From: Laetmonice hystrix
Taxonomy: Eukaryota
NCBI GenBank assembly: GCA_965235115.1
Contig: OZ249436.1
Span: 40,054,001-40,118,000, forward strand
Direction: 5' to 3'
DNA length: 64,000 nucleotides
In this document: piece by piece, positions 21,374 to 36,300 of the stretch
Layout of the letters: each line of letters begins with the position of its first letter
Numbering within the stretch: position 1 is the first letter of the stretch
Notes under the pieces: generated by a model
Told to the model about the DNA's origin: nothing
Databases searched by the model: none
What the model saw: the letters and a program-made list of their open reading frames with translations, nothing else
Program-made: the position numbers and the translations under genes

Positions 21374-24300
21374 GTAAGTGTCCTTTATTGCTTCGCCTAA
21401 GGGGCAGACCCCCTAGCATCATGGTTTTTCTTTCTGACCAAACTTTTTTTTACTTCCAGCAAAAAAAAAACTTTTTTTCTCCCTAATCAAAAGCAAAAAT
21501 TTTTCCCCGAGGTGGCAGAGACAAACTTTTTTTCAAGGACATAATTCTGCAGCAACCATTATTCTGTCCCGTAAATTCCTGTTCCACGGAGATTCAAGAA
21601 AATCTCCTGTTCCTAGATCTAACATCTTAAATACAGTAGGAATATATGATTGTACTGTACTCAGCTTTGAACCATGCAGTACTTTTATAATAGACTATGA
21701 AACAAATTGGAGGTTCTAATTGTCTTCACAGGTTTGTGGGCTCTCAAATGTCTTGTAGTGCAAGCGAATGTCTACATAAAACTATTGATCAAGTTATACA
21801 TACTAGTATTCAATTGCATTTCATATTGTTCAGATTGAGGACCTTAGGACCTTTTGTGGGTAACCGGTCCAAATAACCTTTGTCTTTGCTGGTTATCTTA
21901 GTCATTTATTAAATAAAAAGCAAAATTAAATGTGTACCTTTCTGCAGTTGCAATAATAAAAGAGAAATACAATCCTGGGCAATAATAGGATTTCAGCCTA
22001 TATAGCATTGATATAAAGGATATCCCCCTATCCCTGTCTTTATACATTCGATAAAAGGGCAAAAGGGAAACACATATCTCGATGACATAAGAATCCATAA
22101 ACAAGCGGAGGTAAAGTCTGAACAAGTTCCAAAATAGACATTCTAAAAATATACCTGTGTGATACGTAGAGTCTGTATCTGGTCAATGACACCACTAGAT
22201 ACCTAGTCAGTCAGGTAGGAGCATTATTATTCTGTTACGTATTTTACCTCCGCTTTAATATTGAGATATTTTGTCTCCGGTGAAATGAACGGGGCAGTAC
22301 TGAACTGCTTCCGACTTTGTATCCTGCGACATTGCATAATAGGCCTCCTCGTTCTATTTTCCTTGAGTTGTTGCGTTTCAAAGTCCCTGTAAACATACAT
22401 TAGCACAACAAAAGAACCAACTTAGATGTCATGTAGCCTAAGCAAAATAAACGTAGCTATATATTAAACCATAATGCGTAATAAATAAATCAAAACTGCA
22501 AATTAGTCTTTTATTTGGGAAATTGATTAATCTTAAATTTAGGGGCAGACCATTTGATACGGGGTGCTATGATTTTTTTTTAAAATCTGTTCACCAAACA
22601 CAGGAGGAAAATAGTTTGTTTATCAAACTACATAAAAAAAGGGAGAATTGGGGAGAAATAGTTTCATTAATGATCATAGCGAAAAAAGAGCTTCATAAAG
22701 TCCGTAGCCCCCCCCCCCCCCCGGTATCAAATGGTCCGCCCCTTAGTCAATGGATACTGTGTGGATATGAAAATTATTATATAGCTGCATTTTTTTCTCC
22801 ATATGGATTTCTTTCATAATTTGATTATATATAACCGTGTAAACATTGTTATTCATATGCGTTTTTAATATGTATACATTATGTACCTAATTATATTGGA
22901 AAATTACAACAAAATCTAATGCATTAAATTCTCCTATAATGTTCAAGAACATAAACTCTCCAAGTTACAGATGTCGTTTGTATAAGGTTTCACACATACA
23001 GGATGTTTGATGGGTGCCTGATTTCTGTCTGACCTGTTCCGATGATTCCTATTTTTCGGTAAACCCAGATAGTATAACGCTGCTATTGTAGCACATAGCA
23101 TTACCAATTTCACGCTCCATTGGTGCCAACCTAAAGGTAAAATATGCGAGGGCTTCGTTATAGATCAACAGATCCCGTGTAATGTTTGAAGCATTAATGT
23201 ATTTCTGAAAGCTATGTGATGGAATGAGGGTTACAGAGATTATGTACATTTAACTCTGCCTGCATGATTGTGATTGGAGCCCCCCCCCCCCCCCCCCAAT
23301 CACCCCTACCCCCGTTGGGGCAGCCCGCATGGGAAAACGCCGTAGCACCTTCACACATCCACATAGCGCCAAGTGTAGTCGCACAGGCGTCTTCTCACAC
23401 TCTGACGGGCTATTTAAGCTCATCAACGCATGTTGGTCGAAGGTGCAATTTACCACCACCTACCCTCATCGCCATTACCCCTATCACAGTAACTCTAAAT
23501 ACAGGAAATAACGTTCTCGCCCTTAGCAAAGAATGCAGCACTTTAATCATAAACTTGGATTGTGTCATGTACTAGGGAACAGCAAAGTTGGGCACGGAGA
23601 GCTGATGAGTTTAATGGTCCGACCTCTCAGGGACAAAAAAGTCCACTGCTTTTCTCGAGTAATTATTTTACTTTGCCCTTTATGACGCCACTCAGTGATC
23701 AGAATCAGGATGGGAGATTAAATTTGAGAATCATGTAATCTGAGAGCAATCACCGGTCGTCACATTGAAGTCGCTGACACTGCAATAATCTCAAACTATT
23801 GCCAATTCAGCCAGTCATGACGCGGATCAGTATGTAACACTTTTTAAGATGCAGATTTTAAATAAACACCAATGAGAATGATAACAGGTATAATATTACA
23901 TAATGTTGTGCAGGGCCGGGGCAGGGGGCAGTTGCCACCCCACCCCACCCCCAGTAATCGTGGTGAAAAAGTGCCCTTTTTACGAGCAGGTGCTATTTGT
24001 AAGGGAGTGAATAATCCTTGTGTTACTGTAGGACGTTGACCTGCACATATAACAGCTGTAACAATAATTACAAATCTCAAATGATCAGTCGGCGCTTCTT
24101 GAGGAGCGCATCACAGATGTTAATATTAGAGATCAAAATACAGATGTAAAAACGGAGCACTCTCCTTATACAGCTCTATTCAGGATGTCAGGATAACTTT
24201 GACTCGTACTCGGCGTAGGAAAATGGCTGTTTACTGCGCAAAAGATGCTTTGTTTTAGGGGAGCGGTACATGTTGAGAATGATTTTTAATTAGGCATCGT

Positions 24301-27300
24301 TCTAAAGACGTATTGTACTGTTTTCTGTTCCTCTGCACAGAAATACTCGTTAAGATTCATCCTGCCGTCTGCCATTCTACTGGGTAAATGCTCTTTTTTT
24401 AAAAGATCCTTTTTATACCTCTTATCTCTTTGGTTAAATCGTTATTTCTTAAAATTGGAAGACTGCATAAGTTTTACTACAGTAAAGGTTTGATACCTTT
24501 GATAATTTCAAATAATATTGCTAATTTTTTTCAAATGTACTGCAAGAGGCAGAAATAAAACGGAATTCTTTCCATATTTGCTGGCCTTTCATGTATATGA
24601 ACCGATTATGAAAAAAAAACTCATCTGATGAAATAAAGTGGTACACCTAACGTCATGTATATTCCAGCCCTCCTTGAAGGCAGAGTACTTGGGCAGAGTA
24701 AGTTTATCATCCTTTCATTGTACGACTATAGTGATCGCTTCTGTTAGTGATATATGTATACAATGTATGTACGACCATGCATATACAAATGCCTTGTTAA
24801 TATTCATAAAATGTATATATACAGTATTTGTTTTACTTTGGTCTATACATCAATGTACTTCGACTTTTAAGATTTTACGAAAACCCACAGCGTTTACCAA
24901 ATGTTTTTATAACACACTCCGTATATTTGCTGTGTTGTGATTGGTCAAAAGTAATAATTCCTCGAACTATTACCCAGTCAGGCAATAGTTTGATAATTGT
25001 TCCCCAGTCAGGCAATAGTTCCTCGAAGTGTTCCCCGGTCAGGCAATAGTTTAAGAACTGTTCCCCGGTCAGGCAATAGTTTGAGAACTGTTCCCCAGTC
25101 AGGCAATAGTTCCTCGAAGTGTTCCCTGGTCAGGCAATAGTTTGAGAACTGTTCCCCGGTCAGGCAATAGTTTGAGAACTGTTTCCCAGTCAGGCAATAG
25201 TTCCTCGAAGTGTTCCCCGGTCAGGCAATAGTTCCTCGAACTGTTCCCTGGTCAGGCAATAGTTCCTCGAACTGTTCCCCGGTCAGGCAATAGTTCCTCG
25301 AACTGTTCCCCGGTCAGGCAATAGTTCCTCGAACTGTTCCCCGGTCAGGCAATAGTTCCTCGAACTGTTCCCCGGTCAGGCAATAGTTCCTCGAACTGTT
25401 CCCCGGTCAGGCAATAGTTCCTCGAACTGTTCCCCGGTCAGGCAATAGTTCCTCGAACTGTTCCCCGGTCAGGCAATAGTTCCTCGAACTGTTCCCCGGT
25501 CAGGCAATAATTCCTCGAACTGTTCCCCGGCCAGGCAATAGTTCCACGAACTGTTCCTCGGTCACGGCACATGTACTGGCAGTACCTATAGGCCTATGTA
25601 CTTCCGAGGTGTCTGGTGTTTGTTTGAATGAATTGGATATGGTGTGTTATAAAACACATGTTGACTGGCCTAATCGGACATAATCAAATTATTCCCCTTG
25701 GGCGATGTCAGTCAACACGTGTAGAATGACATCACATCACAGATCAACACGACCGTCCTCAGCTTGTAGTCAGAGCATATTGCGATACGTACCTCAGCTT
25801 AGCATACAAGTATCAGTACACACCCATGTACACACCCATGTTACTCTCCAGAGGTTCCATGTCAGACGGATATCGCCCTCGTGATCGACCACTCCGGCTC
25901 AATCCGTGACGCTAATCGAGACGGGGTCGACAACTGGTCGACGCTGGTCGAGTTCCTGAAGATGGTCATCGATAACCTAGACGTCGGTTTCGACCGAACC
26001 CGAGTGGGAATGGTCACGTTTGCCAACAGGGCCGAAGTCATATTCCGACTGAACCAGTTTAATACTTGGCAGGAGATGAACCGGGCCGTTGATAACATTT
26101 TCTATGAAGGAGGCAACACCAACACGACAGGGGGTCTTCGGGTCGCTCGTACACAGGTTGGTCTAGAGCTGGGCCCAGTTTTGCCAACTTGAGTAACGCT
26201 TACTTAAGTAAACTAACAGGCGTCTGATTGGCTGGTCTGCTTAGGCCAGCCAATCAGAAACGAGACCCATGGAGCAATATTCTATAACGTTAAAGTGGTC
26301 GCCCTCTTCTACCACCTACAAATGATCTTCTACGTGGTTTCGAAGGCCTCATAATAAGATGAAGATAGTAGTCGTATACAGGGGCGGCTGCAGGATTTTG
26401 GTAACGGGGGCCGAGGGGAAGAATTTGAATTTGTCTAGGGAGGGGGGATCAGAATGGTCCATTGGTCAATTCAGAAAAAAAATGGTTGCCAAGGGGGAGA
26501 TTCGAACCTCCTGAACTCCCCCCCCCCTCCGATCAGCCATTGGTATACCATAGGAAATCTCTAGACACAGGCTCGTTCATGTCCAAGTCCAAAGCACATC
26601 GCGTGGAAATCGCCCCTATTCTTCGTAATAATGACCTATACAGTGTATATAAGGATTCATTTTCTATCTATATATGATGGAGGAGGGGTCCTGTTTATTT
26701 CACACTCTATAGCCTGGAAAAATTGTATTACCATACTTGCATGATAGGACAAGGACTGGGAGCATGGATATCAGAGCCACATAGCATGAAAAGCCATTTT
26801 CTACGGACTGAGGAAAAGATAACTTTCCTGATTGTTTTTCAGACATAAGGTTACATGTATATGGCCCAGGACAGATGGATCAATATTTATAGCATGCATG
26901 AATGACCCAAGCCCGTCTGTGTAAACTGTGGACCTATATCATATAGAAATCGGAAGCACATAGCGTGAATAAAGTTATTAATTATTTAGCTGTGATCTTC
27001 TTTAGACTAAAAAGTGCATGTGTGCATATAAAGGTTGCACATATACAAAACGCATAGCATAACAGTGTAGAGATAGGCAGGCATACCTAAGTCAATAATA
27101 TTAAATACTGCGTTATCTTGCAACAAGCAATGAGCCACAACCGTGTTATTATGGGGGCCATTCTTATTTCCAATGTCTGCATGGCCTCACACTGTGGCAA
27201 TTGAACCAAATTTAGAACAAAGTTTAGAAGTTTAGATTTTCAGTAACCCAGTTATAGAATGTGAATGTGGATCCTTTTCTAAGATGTGGGTGTGCTTACA

Positions 27301-30300
27301 GTTATTTACTCCCTTGGGCGGGGACCGGCCGGGCGTCCAAGATGTGCTCTTCCTCGTCACTGACGGCGTTCCAACCAGAGAGGTCAACGGACTCCTGCCT
27401 GAGGTAATACAATATGTTCTCTATTCAAAATATGTTTCCTTTTTTAAATCAGAAAGCCCTTCAAATGTCCAAACACAAGGTCAAATAGATAATATCATGT
27501 GCCAACCGAAAGGGAAGGGCCTGCATGATCCACTAAAGCCTATGCTCCACTATGAGAAAGCAGCTCCCGAAGTCCCGCTGCCGAAGTACTTCGGGAGTGG
27601 GACTTCGGGAACGCCCCAAAACAGCACTTCGCGACAGTAAAATTTTGCACCTATGATCCACTGCAAACGCGGTTTTCACGAAGATGGTTGCCGAAGGTTG
27701 TACCGAAGTCGATGGCGGTTTGCGGATAGCGTTTGTCACGATCCACCGTTCGCCCCTCAAGGTACAGTAATAGTAAAACCCCCTATTGCAGAGATTAGCG
27801 TCATTGCGCGCCTTAAATGGCAAGACCTGAAAAAGGCTGGCGTAGGCCTAAACGGGCCTGTAGAAACTGAATCCATTTCAAGGCACTGCCACACTGCCCT
27901 GAAAGCTTGAAGGATAATATAGCACTGAATGAACTTTTCCCCTCCTAAAACATGTCTTAGCAAAGGGACGCGCTAGTGTCAGTCGAAATGTCATTAGGGT
28001 ACGGAGTATCTGCATGTGGTTGTTTTGGAATATCCTTGATAGACGAAGATTTTGGTTGTAGGCCTAAAGGAGTGTGTGTTGTGGCGAGGTTAGAATTGTT
28101 AGTGTTTCCCTAATGCAAAAATTCCCTAATTTCCTATACGTTTTCTAGTGTTTCTAATGGAGGACGATCCAGCGGTAAGGCAAGGATAGTGGGCAGGATT
28201 TACTGTCCTAACCACAGAGCCAACCCCCCCCCCCTCCCCTATACGAACAGCACAATAGCTTCGAAACGAACACAGTAATTGCAGCAAGGCGCTCATTTCC
28301 ATTCCTGGCAGTCAAAGCAGCTGATGCCATCCATGCTGTCTAGTAATATTCGACACTAGTCGTTTGGCCAGCCGACAAAACGGTCAGCTAAGTGAGAGAC
28401 CACTAGGATTTTCACACAAACAACATCTAATTTCAGAGCGTCACTGTAAAGCCCCAGTACCACCAAAGCCGAATTAAAACTACGACGTGTCACGATGTTA
28501 TAAATCGTGTTCTGTTCAAAACAATCGGCATTGGTCGAGAAAAAGCTGAAGTCGGGGATATATCGTAGGTCAAACGTTGCTCAGTAATAGTGCTTTGAGC
28601 GCTGATTTCATCACGATTCATCACGACTTTCAGATATTGCTAGAACGGCATAGAACGTAGTACAATCGGCTTTGGTGGGCCTGGGCCTGCACTGCGCTGG
28701 AATTCAGAGTGACATCGTGGCGCATTACCTTGTGCGTATTTAACCACCGGCGTATTGTTATTCAACTTTGTATTTAGTGCGTATTTAACCACTTGTATTG
28801 AACCGATGCAGTCCGATTTTCCCGGTGGAATTCCAACTAGTGATCGTAAGGAAATCGCAAGAAAAATCCACCTTAATGTGCCAAATATATGCAGCAGTTG
28901 TGTATGTTGTTTGAAATGACAGGTATTCCAGTCAGATATATACCAACGGATATAAATATCTGAAACGTCGATGGCATCGGGCATTTCGGGAATTTGTAGA
29001 CCAGATAGTGCATGGAGAAAGTGCTTTTCTACGAACAAACGACCTGGCCTTCTAATAAAAAAATGTGCTGTACTGATTGCAAGTGTACAATCTTGTGGGA
29101 AAAGTGGGTGTACCACCGACGGTATGCTGTCGTGAAATGACAAAAGGAAGCAAGTCCAAAAGTTCAAGTTTCGAGAAATGGACATAAACAAGTTGTCTCT
29201 ACAGTGCAGTTGGATGGACATGCTTCCTAATTCTGTCATGTGACTGATAGCTTCATAGAAGGATGTTTAGCAGAAATACACCCATTGATAGATAAGACTT
29301 ACTTCCCTGAATCCAAAATTACACTTAAGTCGATTTTGATGAAAGTTGGACTTGCTTCCTTTTGTCATTTCACGGCAGTATGGGCCACATGGGTTTACGG
29401 TCCTTCCGCCCTTCACTGGCCATGCCCATCAGAGCTCTACAATGTCCTGTGCAGATAATGGCAAAGGTAAAATGCATCAATTCCATAACTCGTTTTCCTG
29501 GTAAAGGTCGCACGTCTCAAGATCCAAGGCATTCGGGTCATCGCTATTGGCGTCACTGACCGGATTGACGACAGTCTGTTGAGAGCTATTGCTTCCGAAC
29601 CAAAGGATGACCACTCCCATCACGTGAATAACTTCGACTCACTCAAGGCCATCATTGAACAGATCATAGAGGAAGGGGCCACGTGTGTTGAAACGACGCC
29701 AGGTCAGCAGTGGCAATCCCATAATTAAATACATTAATTGACATATTTCTCCCCATTCTCAACCTTATAGAGAGAGAAGAGCTAATAGATGAAAGAATGA
29801 CCAATACCTTTCAAGGGAAAACATTTTTGTGCACTTTTCTCATAGATTGGTAATTATACAAATTGCATTGTAACCGAAAATGAAAACTAGTCTTTGACTT
29901 CTTGCTTGTTCCCTTCTCATGCTGTTAATTAACTAAACATTTTAATACATATTTAACGGGTATGTTTTCATGTTTTGAATTGGAAGCGCCTGCGCCAACC
30001 CCTCGCCCGATCCCCGTGCCCGGCCCCCCGGGAGCCACCGGAGAACCCGGTCCCACAGGTAGGTGGACACTAGAGCTAGGGACCCGGGCTTTACGGCAAC
30101 GACATCGAAAGAAGGTTTTTTTTAAACTTATAATGAAGATTTTCTGAGTGAAGGTCAGAGGCAGTATTGTAAGTGGACCATTCGTTCCGGATCTCCATGG
30201 GAACGACCAGAAAATCATCAATCAACCTAACAGTTGTCGACAGAACGTAAAACATCAATCAACCTAACTGTTGTCGACAGAACGTAAAACATCAATCAAC

Positions 30301-33300
30301 CTAATAGTTGTCGGCAGAATGTAAAACATCAATCAACCTAACAGTTGTCGGCAGAACCATCAATCAACCTAACAGCTGTCGAGAGAACGTAAAACCACCA
30401 ATCAACCTAACAGTTGTCGACAGGATGTAAAACATCAATCAACCTAATAGTTGTCGGCAGAACGTAAAACATCAATCAACCTAACTGTTGTCGACAGAAC
30501 GTAAAACATCAATCAACCTAACTGTTGTCAACAGAACGTAAAACATCAATCAACCTAATAGTTGTCGACAGAATGTAAAACATCAATCAACCTAACAGTT
30601 GTCGGCAGAACCATCAATCAACCTAACAGCTGTCGAGAGAACGTAAAACCACCAATCAACCTAACAGTTGTCGACAGGATGTAAAACATCAAGCAATCTA
30701 ACTCTTGTCGACATAACGTAAAACTTCAATCAACCTAATAGTTGTCGACAGAATGTAAAACATCAATCAACCTAACAGTTGTCGGCAGAACCATCAATCA
30801 ACCTAACAGCTGTCGACAGAACCATCAATCAACCTAACTGTTGTCGACAGAACGTAAAACATCAATCAACCTAACAGTTGTCGACAGAACGTAAAACATC
30901 AATCAACCTAACTGTTGTCGACAGAATGTAAAACATCAATCAATTTAACAGTTGTCGACAGAACCATCAATCAAGCTAACTGTTGTCGAGAGAACGTAAA
31001 ACCACCAATCAACCTAAGAGTTGTCGACAGGATGTAAAACATCAATCAACCTAACAGTTGTCGACAGAACGTAAAACATCAATCAACCTAACCGTTGTCG
31101 ACAGAACGTAAAACCATCAATCAATTTAACAGTTGTCGACAGAACGTAAAACCATCAGTCAATCTAACAGTTGTCGACAGAACGTAAAACCATCAATCAA
31201 TCTAACAGTTGTCGACAGAACGTAAAACCATCAATCAATCTAACAGTTGTCGACAGAACGTAAAACCATCAATCAATCTAACAGTTGTCGACAGAACGTA
31301 AAACCATCAGTCAATCTAACAGTTGTCGACAGAACGTAAAACCATCAATCAATCTAACAGTTGTCGACAGAACGTAAAACCATCAATCAATCTAACAGTT
31401 GTCGACAGAACGAAAAATTATCAATCAATCTAACAGTTGTCGACAGAACGTAAAACCATCAATCAATCTAACAGTTGTCGACAGAACGTAAAACATCAAT
31501 CAACCTAATAGTTGTCGACAGAACGTAAAACCATCAATCAATCTAACAGTTGTCGACAGAACGTAAAACATCAATCAACCTAATAGTTGTCGACAGAACG
31601 TAAAACCATCAATCAACCTAACAGTTGTCGACAGAACGTATATATCAATCAACCACCTCAGTCCTGGGACTTAGCGGGTCCACGGAGGCTAGCGTAGGAC
31701 AGTATAGGACAGTTACGAATTCAATACAGAGCCGAGCCGTGGGAGCCCGGGAAAAACTTACTCCAACATACCTGACAGCCACTCTATACAGAATGACGTA
31801 GACTAACGTGGTTTCCATGGTAACATATTGTGACGAGTAATTCCATCTCCACACCAACTTCTTCAAGTCGGAATATCAGGTTCATTATATATGGTGATAG
31901 ACAGGCGTCCGACCTTGTCATTGGAGTCGACCCATTCACCTGAAAAAAAAATACCGGAAATTTCCAAAGGATAGCTCTAATAGGTTTAAAAGGTATTACT
32001 GCAATGGATGTTCTTCAGAAAACTAATTGACTTCTTGAATTGTATGCATACTAATTGGTTTAATTTGCCTTCAATTGTAATTTGTTGTCAGAGTAGGCCA
32101 AGTAGAGTGGGATCAAAAGACTTCTGTTTCGAAACGAAACTGATTTGAAAGTTTAGTTAATATTACGAGGTAATTGAGGTCTACACAGGAGATGAATTTC
32201 TCAAAGACCAGAAGAATGGTTAAGCAGCAAACTATGTACTGAGCCTGATTCTGAGGAACAATTGTTCTCCAATCTCTATAATATTTGTATGATAAACGCG
32301 TTTGTCAGGTCCGCCCGGTTCCCGCGGCCCCCCAGGGACAGCAGGCAACCCGGGAGCGCCTGGCTTAGATGGTCGACCTGGTAAGTAAAGAGAGAGATCT
32401 CAATTAGTTCAAACCTGCGTTCAATCGCTTTATGTTTTTCATTGTTCTCTGGATTTTAGAATGACTGATGGTGCAATTAACAGCGTCTTAGTACTCGTAG
32501 ACCGTTTAGTTTTTTAATTGAAATCGACCTATTGTTTCCAAATCACAGGCGTCGCCGGTCAACAGGGGCCTCTTGGTCCGCCTGGCGACCCTGGCCCTAA
32601 TGGACCTACTGGCCCAACGGGCGCCACAGGGCAGCGTGGACCGCAAGGACCGACTGGTTTGGCGGGGTTAAGCGGTCCTGTCGGACTCACAGGATCGGCA
32701 GGTCCGCCAGGACAGCAGGGCCTACCGGGTAAGGTCACCAATAATTTGAGTCTGATTTACATCTGTTTTTATGTTACCTTTGCCATGCATTAAACTTGCA
32801 AATTAGTAACAGTCTCCAGTGGTGCAGATGCATTCCCATTGTCCTGTTGCCTGACAATTGTTGGAATATTCCTGAATAATTTCAAGAGAAAGATGAGCAC
32901 CGCGAGCTCTGCGGGTTCAGCCGATTGCGAGGGCTAAACCAGTCTACTTTACGAACTGGGCTTTGGTGTTATTTTTTTTATATAAATATATGCCTATAAT
33001 TTTATTGGGGAAAAAGTATAGCCTGGAGTTTGAATAAACAAAAGCATTGTTGATTCTCCTATAACCTGTCTCGAGGCGACGAATCTTTATACTTACAGAA
33101 CACACTAACTCTATACCGCCATATTCAAGTGCATGGCACCCTTCACATAAATTGTTACACGATATAATATCCACAACAAGATATCACACACAGGGGCATT
33201 GTCTGCAGTTTATACACAGGATACTTTGATCTCCTTGTCGCCAAGCCCTACAAGTCCCCCACCCCCACCACCACCCCCACCCCCACCCCAACCCCAACCC

Positions 33301-36300
33301 TCACCCCCACCCTCACCCCCACTCGTTCAACTATCTTTCCTACTTCCCCTCTTCAGTGTTATAGCGACCCATACACGATCAATATGATTGACAATAATAT
33401 TGTCAATACTGGATATTGACAATAGTATTGACAGTTAGTGGGAGATATTGAAGCAAAGATTTGACTTGCGCAATATTCTGACCGAATCAAACCTCGGTAG
33501 ATATATTATTGACGCCTGCGAAATATTATTGCGTCGTTGGTGCATGGCCATCAGAAATTTTATCAATAATATTGCTTCAATAATGTTTCAATTATATTAT
33601 TGATCGTGTACGGGCCGCTTAGTCCCCCTTTTTATGTCCCTACTTTACCATGCCTTATTTTTGAACTTTGATGTGTGACATTCATATTTTCCCCTGGTAC
33701 TCTCCATAGGGCCAAGTGGCCCTAGCGGTTCTCCGGGCGCCAGCGGATCGACAGGCCCAAGTGGTCCTCCTGGATCTCCCGGATCTCGAGGAAACTCTGG
33801 CCGGGCGGGGGCCACAGGTCGCCCAGGGCCGCCCGGTACTAGGGGATTGCCCGGTAAGTGACCTTTCTGTGTGCATTTTTCATCACGCACGCCACAGGCA
33901 TGTATGTCGCCATCCACAACAACAGATATGGGTCTCAACGGCGCCGATTTGTCATTGATACTGTCGCTTGCACTGAGGACCTCATTAAAGGTCCAGGGAT
34001 TCAGTTAAACACGCCTCCAATACTATAGCTCTGGCCTTCTTTTTTTATGTTGGACAACATTTGGAGACGACAAACGATCAACGTTTTTATTAATCATTCT
34101 TCATTAATAAACAATATTGTTTTAATTTTGTGACGCCCTATACCTCATTTGCAAAAGTACGAATGATATTCCACCTATTCCAGTCCTTTTTTTATTGATT
34201 ACTGCATCAAATTCATGAAACAATATCATTATGTTATATTACTATAATTTCGTCTTATAAAACATGAAGACAGCCAATAATATCAATTTCTCGGAGAGAT
34301 TTTCATATCAAGTCGCCCTATAAGCCTGTTGACATTATCTGAGTCTGGGGTGAAGTTATCCATCATGTAACGTTTTGACACCTAGCTTAGGTCTGCCGAC
34401 GGATTCATAGAGGATATGGCATGGAGACATTAAAACGTTCACATATCATGATCAGATGGCGCTGTAGGTAATACGGCAAAGCCTGAGATCATAAATAACA
34501 TTACAGCCTTCATTATTTCTGGGAAGTACCGTCTCACTGCGTTTCCCTTTCCTGTCATTGCCTTAATTATATGATTTCTATTTGTACACGGAATGTTTGT
34601 TAGGCCAAAGAATGCTCATTAATAAAGTATGGCACGATATATAATCATTCTCGTCCCTAATAATATTATTATCGTCTCGCTTCATAATTACCTTATAATG
34701 GTTCTCTCTCTCGAGTACACCATGTCATCTGTGGAGCGGTTGGATTGCTAGAATTGATGAATGTGCGACATGCAGCATAACTAGATATGGTTAGCAGAGA
34801 TTGTTTTTAACCGCTTGAATATAGCGTAGAAAAGACGAATCCACCTCCTGTATCTCGTCAATAAACGGTGATTGCCAAGCCCCCCCCCTACTGGCCCGAG
34901 GTACAAATACTATTTTTTCAAAGGGACGGGAATGATGAGCCTCTACAACAAAGGTTTTGAGTATCAAAACTATTCATAAAGCCGATTCCCCTTGCGACGG
35001 CCATACGATTTTTGATTTAATGGTGGAATTTCATGCTGAAATTTTTCCTGACTGGCCTGCCCTGTTTAAGAAAATGAGTTCCATCCTTTAACCTCAAAAT
35101 AACAGTAAAAAGGGTGATGTCAAAATCGCATGGGCGTCGCAAGGAAAATCGGCTTAAGGCCCAGTCACACTAGGGGATACGCGGGGTTACGATCATGAGT
35201 GATCGTGGGAGGTCGGGAGATGAAATTTGTCGTAGCGCGTTCAAAATCCAGTCTACGATTTTGAACATGTCTACGATTTTTTACGTTCTTACAATAGTCG
35301 TCCGATCGTCCTGCGATGGTCAGGGGTGGTCGTGCCTTATCGTGGCTGGTGACAGTCGCACAGTCATCACAAAACCATCGCACGACTTGTCCTGCGACTA
35401 GTTGCTATTGCACAGTTATTCCCACGACTATCGCACGAGTAAACCTGACCATTCTTACGATTGTTCCTTGACAATCGTAAGTAATCTTAGGTAATCGTAG
35501 GTGATCGCACGCTTTGTCTAGATAATTCCTGTGAGAAAGCATTCGTGCAACGGGTCACAACATGGTCGCAAACTAATCTTTTGTGTGTGACCACTATCTC
35601 ATAATCGTAGAGCGATTCCACGACAGGCCCCCGATACCTCACGGTGCGATCCAAAATTCGTACGACTAGATGTGACTGGGGCTTAAGTGGATAAGGCCCC
35701 TAAGGGTCTGACAATTTTGTATTTTTATGAACAGCGAAACATGTTACTTGCTTGTCAACGATAGTTAGTTCATTGTACCAATTGCTGATTCACCGCAGGT
35801 GAGGATGGCCGCGATGGTCGGCCTGGTGTGCGTGGAGCTCCCGCGGCTGACGGCGTCACCGGAAGTACAGGGGCGACCGGATCTCGGGGATTTCCGGGAC
35901 TTGATGGCGTTACAGGCTCGACTGGTCCGGCTGGTCCGCCTGGCCCCGTGGGGCTGACGGGGTTCCCAGGACTGCCAGGTAAGTTTCTTCTGGTTGCCTG
36001 CTGGTTTTAATTTTAGATACAGAGGTATGATGGAACAAGGGCCCGTCTTACTAAGGGCCGAAGCTCTTTTTTCGCTATGACGATTAATGAAACTATTTTC
36101 CCCCAATTTCGACTATAGGCCTACTATATTTATTTTTTTACATATGGAATAAACTTTTTTTATGTAGTTTGAAGAGCATACTTTTTTCTATGTTTAGTAA
36201 ACCGATTTAAAAAAAAAACAAAAAAAAAACCATAGCCCCCCCCCCTACATACACTATCAAATGGTCCGCCCCTGAGGTCTGGTTATTAACGATATCGTTT

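Noticed and set aside
24957..25563. CRISPR-like appearance of the 31-bp array (also the 37-bp array at 30216-31652)
   Set aside because: Head-to-tail units with no unique spacers, no cas genes, eukaryotic intron context
28640..29239. 199-aa minus-strand ORF in intron 5
   Set aside because: No recognisable motif; probably chance or the antisense of a decayed element
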